Below, piece by piece: positions 14,770 through 26,928 of a stretch of DNA of 64,000 nt. The notes beneath the pieces were generated by a model. That model was given only the letters and a program-made list of their open reading frames with translations, was not told the origin of the DNA and did no database searches. The stretch covers positions 5,452,472 to 5,516,471 of the forward strand of contig CAVNZM010000003.1 of assembly GCA_963693365.1 (NCBI GenBank), in the 5' to 3' direction. This DNA comes from Amoebidium appalachense (taxonomy: Eukaryota; Protista; Ichthyosporea). How positions within the stretch are numbered: the first letter of the stretch is position 1; each line of letters opens with the position of its first letter. Both the position numbers and the translations under genes were made by a program.

Positions 14770-15044
14770 TGCGAACCGCCTGATGCAATACCTTCAATAT
14801 TCACACAGCTATGTGATTTATAGACACTCACTGGTGCCAGACACCAGTACCGGTGCTCACACACTTTGCTACTGAAAATCCATACATATATAGTAGAAAC
14901 TCGGTTCGTCGAAATCAAATTTGCAGGATCGATTAACAGCGCTGAAATAAAAAAGATACCTTCTTCTCACAATCCCCTGGCCCCTCTCTCTCTCTATCCG
15001 GCCCTCCTCCCCCCTCCCCACCCCCCACCCTCCCTTCCCTCCCC

Positions 15045-15082
<38 letters not shown>

Positions 15083-15537
15083 CGACACGCACATACGCAT
15101 GCGCGCACACACCACCTACAAACACGCACTGACACACAAACACACATTTTTTATTTTTTATTTATCCGGTTTTGTTCCCGGAGGGACCCTCAGGGGCCCT
15201 CAGGGGAACTACCGTCTTCCCAACCAGCACCGACTATACTCTAGCTAGGCGGATACAGTGCCATCAACACACAAACACGGCAAACACACATGCATTGTCA
15301 CGCACACACGCACACATGCGCCACACACACACACACAACCACGCACGATACACGCACACACACACACACGCCCGCGCGCGCACACACACACACACACACC
15401 GGGCCACACGCAAACACACCCCCGTGACACACGTATACAAAATTCACACGTACACACAGTTATGCAAACACACACACATTCATGCACAAAAAGGTGCATT
15501 AAAGGCTGTTCACGTGCACAGCCTCAGGAAGTTAGAG

Positions 15538-15578
<41 letters not shown>

Positions 15579-15974
15579 TCTTACATTTCTCCCAGGTTCG
15601 GTAGCCCCGGGACAATCTTTTTTTATTTTTTTAACCCCCAAAAAACAGGGCCAACTGCATGATGTAACATCTAAGTTAATTTCCCACACTGTACGTACTG
15701 TATTCTATAATAGGCTTGCCCTCGACACCTGTACAGGTGTTTACACAACTTCCTGTTTGCATATGCATACACCGTGGAGACTCTATTTTTCTTTCTCGGA
15801 ATTGATGGGCCCTAAAATAAAAAGACATGAAACATTAGTACTAGTGCTCTTTTGCAATCGTCGAATTATACCTCTCACTTTCTTAAAGGCAATACATTCA
15901 GTTCGAATCCATACAACTTTGTTATTTTGAGATCCCTCTCGTTCTCTCTCTCTTGACAGTGGCTGTACAACAAC

Positions 15975-15976
<2 letters not shown>

Positions 15977-16069
<93 letters not shown>

Positions 16070-16076
16070 GCATCGT

Positions 16077-16159
<83 letters not shown>

Positions 16160-16207
16160 ACACACACGCCACCGTGGGTGTGTGTGTGTGTGTGTGTGTC
16201 TGTGTAC

Positions 16208-16257
<50 letters not shown>

Positions 16258-16339
16258 GTGTGTGTGTGTCACAGTGTGTATGTGCATGTGTGCGTGTGTG
16301 TTTCATGGTGACTCCCTCCCTCTCCCTCTCTCCCTCTCT

Positions 16340-16372
<33 letters not shown>

Positions 16373-16435
16373 GATCTCTCTCTCTAGATCTCTCTCTCTC
16401 TCTCTCTTCTCTCTTTCTCCCTCCCTCTCTCTCTC

Positions 16436-16516
<81 letters not shown>
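15977..16516. repeat. (CA)n followed by (TG)n (fold-back microsatellite), then (CT)n
   Basis: (CA)n 15977-16167 and (TG)n 16178-16300 face each other; (CT)n follows to ~16516. Confidence 0.9.
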
Positions 16517-16518
<2 letters not shown>

Positions 16519-16819
16519 GTGGGTGTGTACATGTGTGTGTGTGTGTGTTTGGGGGGGGGTGGGGGGGTGGGGGGTAGGGGGGGTTCATGCCTTCTTGCCC
16601 GATGCTTCTGCACGACGCTGTGGGCCTTTCAGTGCTATGTGGTGTGTCACTGGAAAAAAATAGACATTATGGCACCATATATGCACAGCAAAAGACAACG
16701 TCCCAGTACATCACACTTCAAGTTGCACTGTGATCTATAGATATATTCGAAAAAAGAATGGATATCTCGGAATATCCATTGTATTTTCTGGTGCATACCA
16801 AGAGTCGTGCACAATTATA

Positions 16820-17754
16820 TGTTATAATACGTAGTATTTACATATTGTAAGATCTTCTCAGTTCGTGTTATGTTTTCATTCATTTACTTAATGAAAAAGA
16901 TGTGCTCCTTGTACGTAAATTATGACATCGATCTCCAGTGTATTTGAGTACTTGTAATCGTGTTGTGTCGGCTATATTCGTGTGTTTAGATATCGATTAC
17001 AGCAACTGATTATAGGTACACGAGTCTACCCAGTGAGGGAGACACGTGTACATGTTATGTGTACATGAATATCTTCGGTTATAACTGTGTTTTGCTGTTC
17101 GTGTTTTCTGTCCTGCTTTCTTTTCTTTTTCCTCTTTCTTCGTCTTTTCTTTTCTCTTTCTTTCTTCTCTTGTTTCCTTTCATTTAATTATATTTCTCTC
17201 TCACTAATATACGTTGAGTAGATTTATATTACTCGTTATGTTTTGATTGGTAGAAAAACACTTAGGTTACACTTTAGCTTGTCAGGTATGATTCATAGCT
17301 TAGTCAACCACTTTTGTTTTGTGTGTTGCCGTACTATATCCAATCAGTGGACTTAGTCAGAAAATGTCTGAGTCTTTGTAGCCGATGATAGGTTAGAAAC
17401 ACCACCTCTTTCCTCGTTACTCTTCACCTCTTTTCTTTCTTATAGCTGTGACCTATGGTGTGTGTTCCCGCGTCTCCGGATCTATCCGGGAAATAATCAG
17501 TTAATTATGATTGGTTATTTTAGACATAGATCTGATTTCCGACTGGTCGGAAATCATGTATGGATTTAACTTAAGGGAATTTCAGGTATTTATTAGCGAT
17601 CAAAATAAATTGAGTTCAGTCGTGTCTAAACATTGATGTCTGTTGTGTACACTGCTCCGATCGTTCCGTGTTTTGTTGTTGTGTGTGTCTGTGGTGTTTT
17701 CACACTGCACCACTGTGTCTCTGCTTACATCCTAAATACTTATAGAATTTAACA
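16820..17754 (+). mobile_element. Solo LTR, 935 bp, TGTTA...TAACA, 5-bp TSD TTATA
   Basis: TTATA at 16815-16819 and 17755-17759; inverted terminal pentamers; 3' end shared with 1799-1938 next to Copia pol. Confidence 0.88.
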
Positions 17755-17814
17755 TTATAAGCTGGCAAGTCATGTACAGGCTGGAGTCATCCCCCCCCCC
17801 CCCCCCCCCCTTTT

Positions 17815-17865
<51 letters not shown>

Positions 17866-18135
17866 TTTGGTCAATGCGTCCACAAGTATGTCATGTACTC
17901 CTTGTATCACTTTGTCATCATACTTTCAATTTATTACGTAGCCTGAATCCATTCTTATAATAATAGAAGCCCAGCAGATACATACACAATCGAAGTGTGA
18001 GATAAACATGTGACTAGATAGTTGAATTAAAGTGCCACGTGGCCAATTTCATTCACAACGCTAGCATTGCGGAAATATTAATTAAATTCTGTTATTTTGG
18101 AGCTTTCCATGTTTACGAATGGGCACTCTCTCTTT

Positions 18136-19111
18136 TTACTTCTGTTCAACGCATACACTCGATTCTGCTATTGGTAGATCTATCAGACTGTACCCGTACC
18201 TCGTGGGGCTAAAGTTGGTTGGGGGCAGAGGGCCCCTAGGCTCCTGCGCCTTTGCCCACTGGCCCAAAACATATTTATCATATGCTCGTGCTGCTTCGAT
18301 TGCTGTCAAAAAACACCCGATGAGTTTTTTCCTCATGGCTGGCAGGTCATGGGATGACATAGCTGCTTGGAGTTTCATGTCCCTGATGAATTTACCTGGG
18401 CCTATGTAGACGACATATGATAGTTTTCTTGTCTTATCTCTTGTCACGCCGATTTATTCATCGGCTTTGCACCTCCCCCTCTGTCAGGTAGTCTGTTTCT
18501 ATGTAGAAGTTGATGCGCCATAGGCGTTCAGTCTTGGACATATCCAACGATTGAACCGCCGCATCCACCGCTACCGCAGCCTCACTGTCCGCCGTGAAAG
18601 TTCCTAAACTTTTTACTCCAAGTCCGGAACCTCTTACTCCAGCTCTCCAGGGTTTGGTAGACGCACAGGTTGGAAGGAAAACTACCCCCCGATATGGCGT
18701 TGCTTTCTTCCATTCCAACCTTTCCGTTCACCGGGCCTTTACCTTTCGCAACTCTGCACGAGTGGCTTTAAACGGCTCGAGGTTTCCCAATGCAACGTTT
18801 GTCTTGGCAAGATAGCAGCTGCTAAGTACACCCTGTCCTAACAAATATTTGACTGCAACATCATAGTGGCGGGCTGCTACCACCTCGTCAGTGAAATAAC
18901 CAATGTGGAGAACGTTGCTCACCGCTGTCCTCCATTTTGAATCCCTCTTGCTCCATTGTACGCCTCGATATTGGGAGCTGTGTTTGCGTGGTGACGTAGA
19001 CATGTGTCTAACTGCAGTCCGTTGGTATATACACATGCTGGCTGGCTGTTCTGTAAACGTGGCAGTCCGCATCTGCGAACCAGCAGTCAACTTCAAAGCT
19101 GTCGTCATCAA
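18136..19111 (-). pseudogene. Triple AP2-domain DNA-binding protein pseudogene
   Basis: AP2 #1 SSQYRGVQWSKRDSKWRTAV...HIGYFTDEVVAARHYD; #2 YRGVVF...PWRAGV...SLGTFTADSEAAVAVD; #3 GVTRD...LIGCFLTAIEAARAYD. In-frame TGA at 18728-18730 and frameshift/stop at ~18455. Confidence 0.85.
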
Positions 19112-20148
19112 TATGATACTATAAACAGCATGCTGTTTATAGGACAGTGAAAGGCAGACAAGGGAGAGAGAGAGGTTCTAACTCTGGAGGTGAGGGGGCA
19201 TGTGTGGCACTGCGTCTGACTCAGAGTATGCATGCATGTGCACGTGCATGAAGATATGAGTGTAATGCACGTGTGCATCCTAGCATCCTTTCATGTGCGT
19301 GTACGTGTATCACAAGGACGAGAAGCAGGTGAGCCGATTTACCGGTTGGTTGTGGGCATTTTCCCGGGTGTGTATGTGTGCCCCCGGGAATGTTTTTTCA
19401 TTGACCAACACTGTTTCTGCCCACACTAATCCTGTAGTGTGTGTTGTGAAAATAATTGACACTCTGCCCGTGTATGCACACAGGTCCGACCCCAAGCGCA
19501 CACAGTGACTTTGTGCTTGGGTACATGTGAGTGTTTATATGCCCGCGCGTGTGCCTGTGTGCAGGCAGGGCTGTTAAAGTGTGCGTGTTTTGTGTCTATG
19601 ATTGTTTGGAAGGAGGTGAAATGATCACACATAGGCGGAAGCACGAAAATATACATAACACCAATTGGGTTCACGCTTTAGAGTGACTCATCAGTTCGTC
19701 TATATATGCATTCAGAACAAGATTAGCTTACCCAGAAGCGACAATCCGAAAACAAAAAAGAAGAAAGTAATACACGAGGCTGCTCACCTGCAAAGCCCCC
19801 GCCTGCCCTTTCCTGCCAGTGTGTGGATGGAAGGCGAGAGTGTGGGCTGGGCTGGTCTGGTGACCCATAGTGGCCGGCTGGTCACAAATACTGTATGGGA
19901 AGATGGGTTAGCGGAAAGAAAAGTACCTAAAGCCAGTATGTGGATAGAGGGAAAGGGCATCAAAAGAAAATCCCTCATCACCAGAACAATGTACATGGAA
20001 GTGTGTAAACAACCGTAGAGAAAGTCAACTGAACAGACCGTGTGTGATTATGGGTGTGTGTGTGTGCGTGTGCGTGGGCGGGGGAGGGCTGGGGGGGGGG
20101 GGGGGGGGGAGAGAGAGAGATGCGAGAGCGCGCGAGCGAGCGAGAGAG

Positions 20149-20287
<139 letters not shown>

Positions 20288-20420
20288 GAGGACAGCCTCC
20301 ATGATAGGATCAAGAGGACGCTGAATTTTGAAGGAGAGGAATTACAGACCGCAATGTGGAAAAGGGCAAACGAATGAGCAGGTATTAAATGGAGCAGGCA
20401 AGAGCATTTTTCAGTACTTA

Positions 20421-20455
<35 letters not shown>

Positions 20456-22864
20456 CACATCAGAAGTTTAGGATAGTGGAAGGGGCTGCACCTGAAAAAA
20501 AAAAAGTCCGAATACGAAAACTAGAAACAAAAAAAAAAGTGCATGCAAGAGACACTTGAACAGAGCCCATCATCAGGGGGGTTCTTATGCCTCCACCAAA
20601 GAATGGGTTTCGACTCAATTTTTTTTCATGTGTGGTTCCCACCCATATGTTGTTTCAACGACAACACACCAATCAGCTCGTCTTGTCACGGAGAGGGGCT
20701 ATGATTTAGAGAAAGCGAGGGGTGGTGGTGTGTGCGGGTGTTGGTGTGTTTGCTGGGTTTAGAGGGAGCGAACTCTGAACATAGAAAGTTGTGGAACAGC
20801 AGAAAGGGGAGTCAAGGCAGCAATAATGCTCACTTGGAAAGACTGTTGGGGGGGTCTGTGGATGGGATGGGGGCCTGGATGTGAAAATGTGGGTATCCGA
20901 TGTGTGCTTATAAATCTGCGTGTGTGAGCATTGTATAAGCAACATGTGTGTGAGCATATGTGGGTGGGAAGTTCTTGCATGGCTTTTGTTCGCCTGTGGG
21001 TGTGTGAAAGCAGCACAGAGACAACAGTAACACCTCCCATTGTGCTGGGTGCAGAAAAGAAGATGTTAGAGCAATTAAGGTACATGTGTGCAGCTGTGTG
21101 AGGTGTGAGTGAGTGAGTGAGTGAGTGAGTGAGTGAGTGTGTGTGTGTGTGCGCGCACACATGCGCGACTGAGGGGAGGGGGGAGGGGGAGGGGGGGGGA
21201 GGGGGGGGGGGAGGGGCACATGTTCATTTGCTTGAATAATACCTAGAGGATGAAAAGGGGAAAGATTATCCACACATGCCCCAAAAGCCTAAAACATTTA
21301 TCCAATTAGATAAGCTTGCTTTTAACTCACCACGTGCTTACGTGTTGTGAGTGTGGGTAGGTGTACGGACTTATGCACGCGGTTGCGATTGTGTTTGTTT
21401 GTGCGTATGTGTCTTGTGGACTTGGTGGAATCTTAGCAAATATAGGCCACCCACCTTCATTTTCAAAAACCCACCGCCGAGGCCCAAAATGGCTGCTGGC
21501 CTCCGCGCCGTGGCTGCATGCATCCCCTGCACTTGATATTGGTCCAATCAGTGCATGGTATTGGGGAGAGATTCCGAGCCCAAGAGTGGACATTGATCTG
21601 TATTCATTGCCTCTGGACGTGATAATCAGTATGACCCAAGGGGGATGATACCTGCAATTAATGTGTTATCAAAAAGATAGAACTCCAAAGCTCAGCGGGA
21701 GAAGGGGGGGGGGGGGGGGGGAGGCATTGGCGGCCGTTAGGTCTTTGTGGGGGGGGGGGGGGGGGGGGGGGGACGGGGACGGAAGACCGATAATGAAGGC
21801 GGAAGCCACCGTGATCAGATCGAGGAGAAAGGGGGGGGGGGGAGGAGGAGGGGGGGGGGGGGGGGGGATGGAGAAAACGGGAGGGGTGCGGTACTGAATA
21901 ATCTATGGGGTGGCAAGAGAAGGAATGGCTCATGACGGCAGTTGACCTGCCTTTTTGCGACATCTGATTGGTGGAAATTGGTGGAAATCAAGGGATTTCA
22001 AGCTGTGTGAAAACCACTAGACACAAATTTTGGTCAGCAGATTTTGTACTATTTGATTTTGTAGGCCGCATGCATGTCGATAATAAGAATCGCATGCCCC
22101 TTACTTCCAAGCGTATGTATGAATGTGAACCAAATTCGAATGTTAACCTTTTCATCACGAAACATGCTGTACGCAGTCCACCATGTTTGATAATTAGGCT
22201 GTATTTCAACGTGCGAGCAACCCTCAGCTTTCAACAATATCTCCTCTACTATGTAGCTCCAGCTGCGCGTCGATGAGTCACAGTAGCTCATGTTCCCCCC
22301 CCCCCCCCCCCCCCCCCCCCCGAAGAAGCAGTATGGGATTATAGTTTGCTTGAGGGTTTGTGAAGTACTAGGTTATATGGTGCAAAAAGCTAACTACATA
22401 GTATGTTATTCCGTTTTGAGCTTTGCTTAACATTGATGTTGAACATACACTGTTGCGGTTTTGTGCTGGTCAACATCAAAACCAATGCTGCAATTGTATT
22501 ACTGATACAGCACCACTTCTGCTAGGGTGTTGACCAATAGCAACTTGCTCAGCCGACAGGTCTCATGTGTCATTCGTTCTCTTGCCACCCCATATTAACG
22601 AGGAGGTTGGTGTATTAAAGTGCAGGGGAGGAGCGTGATGGTCGTGGTGGTGGTGGTGGTGGGGGGGGGGGGGGGGGGGGGGGGGAGGGGGTGGAGGGGA
22701 GGGGGGAGGGGGAAGGGGGAGCTAATTCTACTTCTCAATTCCCTGCGCGCACCATTTTATAACACCGTACATCCATGACACACGGTCACGTTCATCTAAG
22801 AGCCCCCCCCTCCCCTCCCTCCCCCCTTCCCTGGATCCCCTTTTCCCCTGCATCAATCCACGTA

Positions 22865-22900
<36 letters not shown>

Positions 22901-23341
22901 ACCCCCCTCGGGCCCCTCCCTCCCCTGCGCCAGCACAAATAACCAACCACCCCCCTTCTCGAGACAAGTGCCTATGTTCACCGCTTATTTCCACCCTTCA
23001 ACAACTTTTCAAACACTAAGGGCTGAAGAGTTAATAAGCGTGACAAGGTTGCTGCGGTGGTTTGCAGGCTGGCGTTGATTGCCGGTGTTGGCTCAATCTG
23101 CATCACCATTATACCGCCTTTCCTTTCTCTCATTTTCTTTTACCTTCTACAAGGGAGGTGCAAGCGGGGGCATATGCACTTCCGCCCCATCTTTCACACT
23201 CTTCATCTCCCATAGCGGAAGCAATCAGATGCCATAACAGTGTATTTTTTCCCCCACGGGGAGGAGGGGGTGGGGGGAAGGGGGGGAGGGCCCCGGGGGG
23301 AGGGTCTTGAGGGGTTGGTGTGTGTGTGTGTGTGTGTGTGT

Positions 23342-23430
<89 letters not shown>

Positions 23431-23435
23431 CGTGT

Positions 23436-23500
<65 letters not shown>

Positions 23501-24530
23501 TGGGCGAAGAGAACGAGGGGGCGGAGTTCGAGGGGGGAGAGGGGGAGGAGGGGGGAGGGTCAAAACGTGCTTACCCTTGCGCATATCGACACAGCAGGGG
23601 TGTGCCAGGCTAAAGAGATGCTGCAAGTTGCAGCCCTCTGTCCAAACATGGTCTGTGGTGATGGTGGTACAGAAGCCCGTGTGAGGGAGAAATGGGAGGG
23701 GATAAGGTGAAGGGGGAGGGGGGGAGGGGGGGAGGGGGGCAGGTGGTTAGCCATGGAGTCTTCCTGTGTTAATGAGTTTCGTGGCCTGAAAATTATTCAT
23801 CGAACCAGAAATGGTAGGTGTATAGATGGTGAGAACTACAATTCGGTCAGAGAATAAAGGTAATGGTGTGAGAGGTGCTAGTAGTGGCGGTGCTGTTTAA
23901 TGGGTGGGTGGGTAGATAGGGATAAGCGGCATCTAGGTAGTAGTGAAACGGTCGGTGATTGCATGGGTAGGTTTTTCCCGGGGGTGGGAGAGGGGTGGGG
24001 TGGGAGGAGGGGCGGGAGACGGGGAGGGGGGAGGGAGGCGCGAGGTGAAGGGGGGGGGGGGGGGGGGGGGGAGGGGGGGGGGGGGGGGTGGAGGGATGAG
24101 GGGGAGGGGGGGGGGGTCGAACCGAACTAATTTTTTTGCACGGTCAGCAGGAATTCTTCCCGGCAGGAATCCAGCAGCAACGCGGCAAGACCGTGCAAGA
24201 AGCAGCTACAAGAAGCCTGAGCTGAAAGTGAGCAGTCCGGCGGAAACCAAGGCCTCCTACTCTGACGCGGAAATTTACACCGGCCGGCTGTCTTGAAGGA
24301 GGGAGTGACGTCATCAGGTGCGTGTGAGCACGGGGATTTCTCGCGGACCACGGTGTGCTTCCGAGAATGTGTTTGCGCAAACCCTGGGAATCTCAGTCAG
24401 CCTCGTGGAACCACGCATGCGCCAGCCACTCGGACACCACAACGGTGCCGAACCACCTCAGCAAAACAGCACGACGTTCGTCTCACCTGCAAACACACAC
24501 AATCCTCTGGTGTCTTCCCTGCCTCTGCAA

Positions 24531-24568
<38 letters not shown>

Positions 24569-25230
24569 AGAAAAGTCTCCCACGCCCTTTCAAGTACCCA
24601 GCCCTTCCCGGGCCTGTCACCTACTGAGGTGACGTATTTTTTCTTACACACACAGCGAACACTGGACTCTCGGGACCGTAGAGCCGCCGCGAGAGAAAGC
24701 ATGCACGCGGTCGCGAGAGTGTAAGGAGGCGTGACTGAGGCGAACGGCAAGTTCATAGCAGCCCAGGCACCGTCAGTGTACGTACGTGCCAGGCCCTTCC
24801 GCCCCTCCCCCCCGTTCCCCCCCCACCCACCCCTCTCGGATGCGCAACTACAAAACCTACAAATCGTGAGAACTTTTCCCAGAAACTCGTATATCTTGTG
24901 AAGGGATGATTATTTTTAAAAGCGGAAAAAACCTTTATAATACAATTTTAAGTCCTCTACTAGTAACTGGCACTTAAAACAACAAAGCGACAGCAGTTTA
25001 GTTCAGGCAGTTGATTTGTCGACCATACCTTCAAATCAATTAGAGAACCCTGTAGATCATGATAGGCTCTTGACTGTCGGATGATCGATCGATCACATGT
25101 CCCGCAAAACAAAACTTGAAGAGGTCCCGTCGAAGTGCCCACACTATCTATTCTCCCACTTTCTCCTAGCTCTTTTTACGGTCACTAAAACTCCGAGTCT
25201 TCGAGGCCAAACATACACAAGACAAGTAAA

Positions 25231-25716
25231 ATGGCATTTGCCGACATTATTCTTGTGCCCCGGCTTGACACAAGCGACACGGTTGACATAGAGTACAAGG
25301 ATGATGCGCAGTTACTGAAAATCAAGCACTATCCTCACTTGGAAGTCCTGCTTACCATCTGGGAGGATACAGCACACATATACTACGCAAACGTCACAAC
25401 TGCGGATTATGAAGCTGTTCTGCGTCTAAAGGAACTCTTTATTTTTAAACAATCAGACGTCAGCCCCATAGTCGCTCGTGGGCATCACATCATCCTCCGT
25501 GTCACTCCCACTTCCTTCACGTTCTTCCCCTACATCTTCCCACATGCTCCTCCCCCCGTATCTCTCCTCCCACTCCTCCTCTGCGCTCTGTTCTCCCTCG
25601 CCCTCCTGTGCGTACTCGCTTTCGCACACATCGATTCAAATGTCGCTCTTTATTATCTGCTAATAAATAGTATCCTTCGCGCATCCACCCCTAAACCAGG
25701 CCATCCGTGGCCCTAA
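25231..25716 (+). CDS. Hypothetical 161-aa ORF upstream of LINE ORF1, hydrophobic C-terminus
   Basis: ATG start, non-repetitive protein, same strand, ends 27 bp before ORF1; segment LLPLLLCALFSLALLCVLAFA. Confidence 0.4.
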   Translation: MAFADIILVPRLDTSDTVDIEYKDDAQLLKIKHYPHLEVLLTIWEDTAHIYYANVTTADYEAVLRLKELFIFKQSDVSPIVARGHHIILRVTPTSFTFFPYIFPHAPPPVSLLPLLLCALFSLALLCVLAFAHIDSNVALYYLLINSILRASTPKPGHPWP

Positions 25717-25743
25717 GGGCCGGGGAACACCCCCATCCATGTC

Positions 25744-26928
25744 ATGGCACATGCCTATAATCGTTTCAGAACCTCTTTCAAAGTTCCATCTACACCCATC
25801 ACACATGTGCGACCATTAAAACGTCCAGCAGATACACCTACCACAGATGCACAACCAGAAAAACATCGCCTTAGACTAAGCGCAACACCTATTTACAATA
25901 CACTACCCATTCAGAATAACACCACACCACTCCGTAGAAACACAATAACAACCATGCCGAAACTTTCGGTTGATACAGTACTGGCAGAACTTGCCCTCGT
26001 TAAGAAACAGCTAAATGAGCTGTTACCACTCAAGAACATGATAGAAAAACTCCAAACAGAAAATACCCAACTCAAGCTCACCATTGATTCACTCACAGCC
26101 CAGCTGAACATTAGTGGATCGCAAAACCCCAAAACTCATGAGCAAACATCTCGCGACGGAGACATTTCCACCCCAACACAAAACAACACAGGACCGGAAG
26201 CACAGCTCCCGGCAGAGTTCCTAGAATATGCGAACTCTCGTAAAACACCCGAGCTCCGCCAAATTGCCAAGGAAACATATGCCAGCATTCTTGCAGGCAA
26301 CGAGTACCGCCGCAACTCCCCTCCCAAACCGCCGGCTAAGGGGAACACCCAAGCAAACGGTAACATCAACATCCCACCCAAATACGAGAGGGTGTATTTC
26401 AAAGTCAAGCACGGCAGACGCCCACACAGGGCCATGTGGTCCATCTTCAAGGCTCTCGGCTTCCGGTGCTCTCGCATCCTTTGTCTGTCCTTCATTGGAT
26501 ACGATGTGCTGGAAGTAGCAGTACGGGGCGACTATAACCGTGCGTTCATCCGTGACGCGACAAAGGGGTGTGGAAGCTTCTTCACCCACCTCCCAAGCTA
26601 CGACCCATGCGCGCCGGAAAACATTCAGAAAGCAGACAAAGAACGTAAAGTGTCTGCTAAGAATGCGTGCGCCACACGTTGTCGTGTACGCATCAGCAAG
26701 GCAAAAGAGTTCCTCGCAAAGTTGGAAAACGATGCTACGAGCGTGATAGACACGGACACGAAGGAACCAATGTTTTCTGGTGAGAAACTGCTCGAGCGCA
26801 AACGCCGATGCGAGATGGAAATCGAGCTCTTCTGCGAACTGTTCGCGCTGGCGGAAGGTCGTGCATACGACCCCGTAAGCGACAAGTGGGAACCAACCCC
26901 ACAGGTGTCGGACCAAACCGATGCCTAA
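25744..26928 (+). CDS. LINE ORF1-like protein
   Basis: Coiled-coil stretch (LAELALVKKQL...LKLTIDSL), TYASILA motif, RRM-like segment (VYFK...LGFRCSRILCLSF...VLEVAV); overlaps ORF2 by 8 nt. Confidence 0.8.
   Translation: MAHAYNRFRTSFKVPSTPITHVRPLKRPADTPTTDAQPEKHRLRLSATPIYNTLPIQNNTTPLRRNTITTMPKLSVDTVLAELALVKKQLNELLPLKNMIEKLQTENTQLKLTIDSLTAQLNISGSQNPKTHEQTSRDGDISTPTQNNTGPEAQLPAEFLEYANSRKTPELRQIAKETYASILAGNEYRRNSPPKPPAKGNTQANGNINIPPKYERVYFKVKHGRRPHRAMWSIFKALGFRCSRILCLSFIGYDVLEVAVRGDYNRAFIRDATKGCGSFFTHLPSYDPCAPENIQKADKERKVSAKNACATRCRVRISKAKEFLAKLENDATSVIDTDTKEPMFSGEKLLERKRRCEMEIELFCELFALAEGRAYDPVSDKWEPTPQVSDQTDA

Noticed and set aside
21968-22291. Possible pogo DDE fragment on the minus strand (GHAILIIDMHAAYK)
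   Set aside because: One weak motif with stops and no supporting termini; needs an HMM search.
24130-25740. Self-cleaving ribozyme or structured RNA near the LINE 5' end
   Set aside because: Only short hairpins (e.g. tgcacggtc/gaccgtgca); no hammerhead or HDV core could be assembled by eye.
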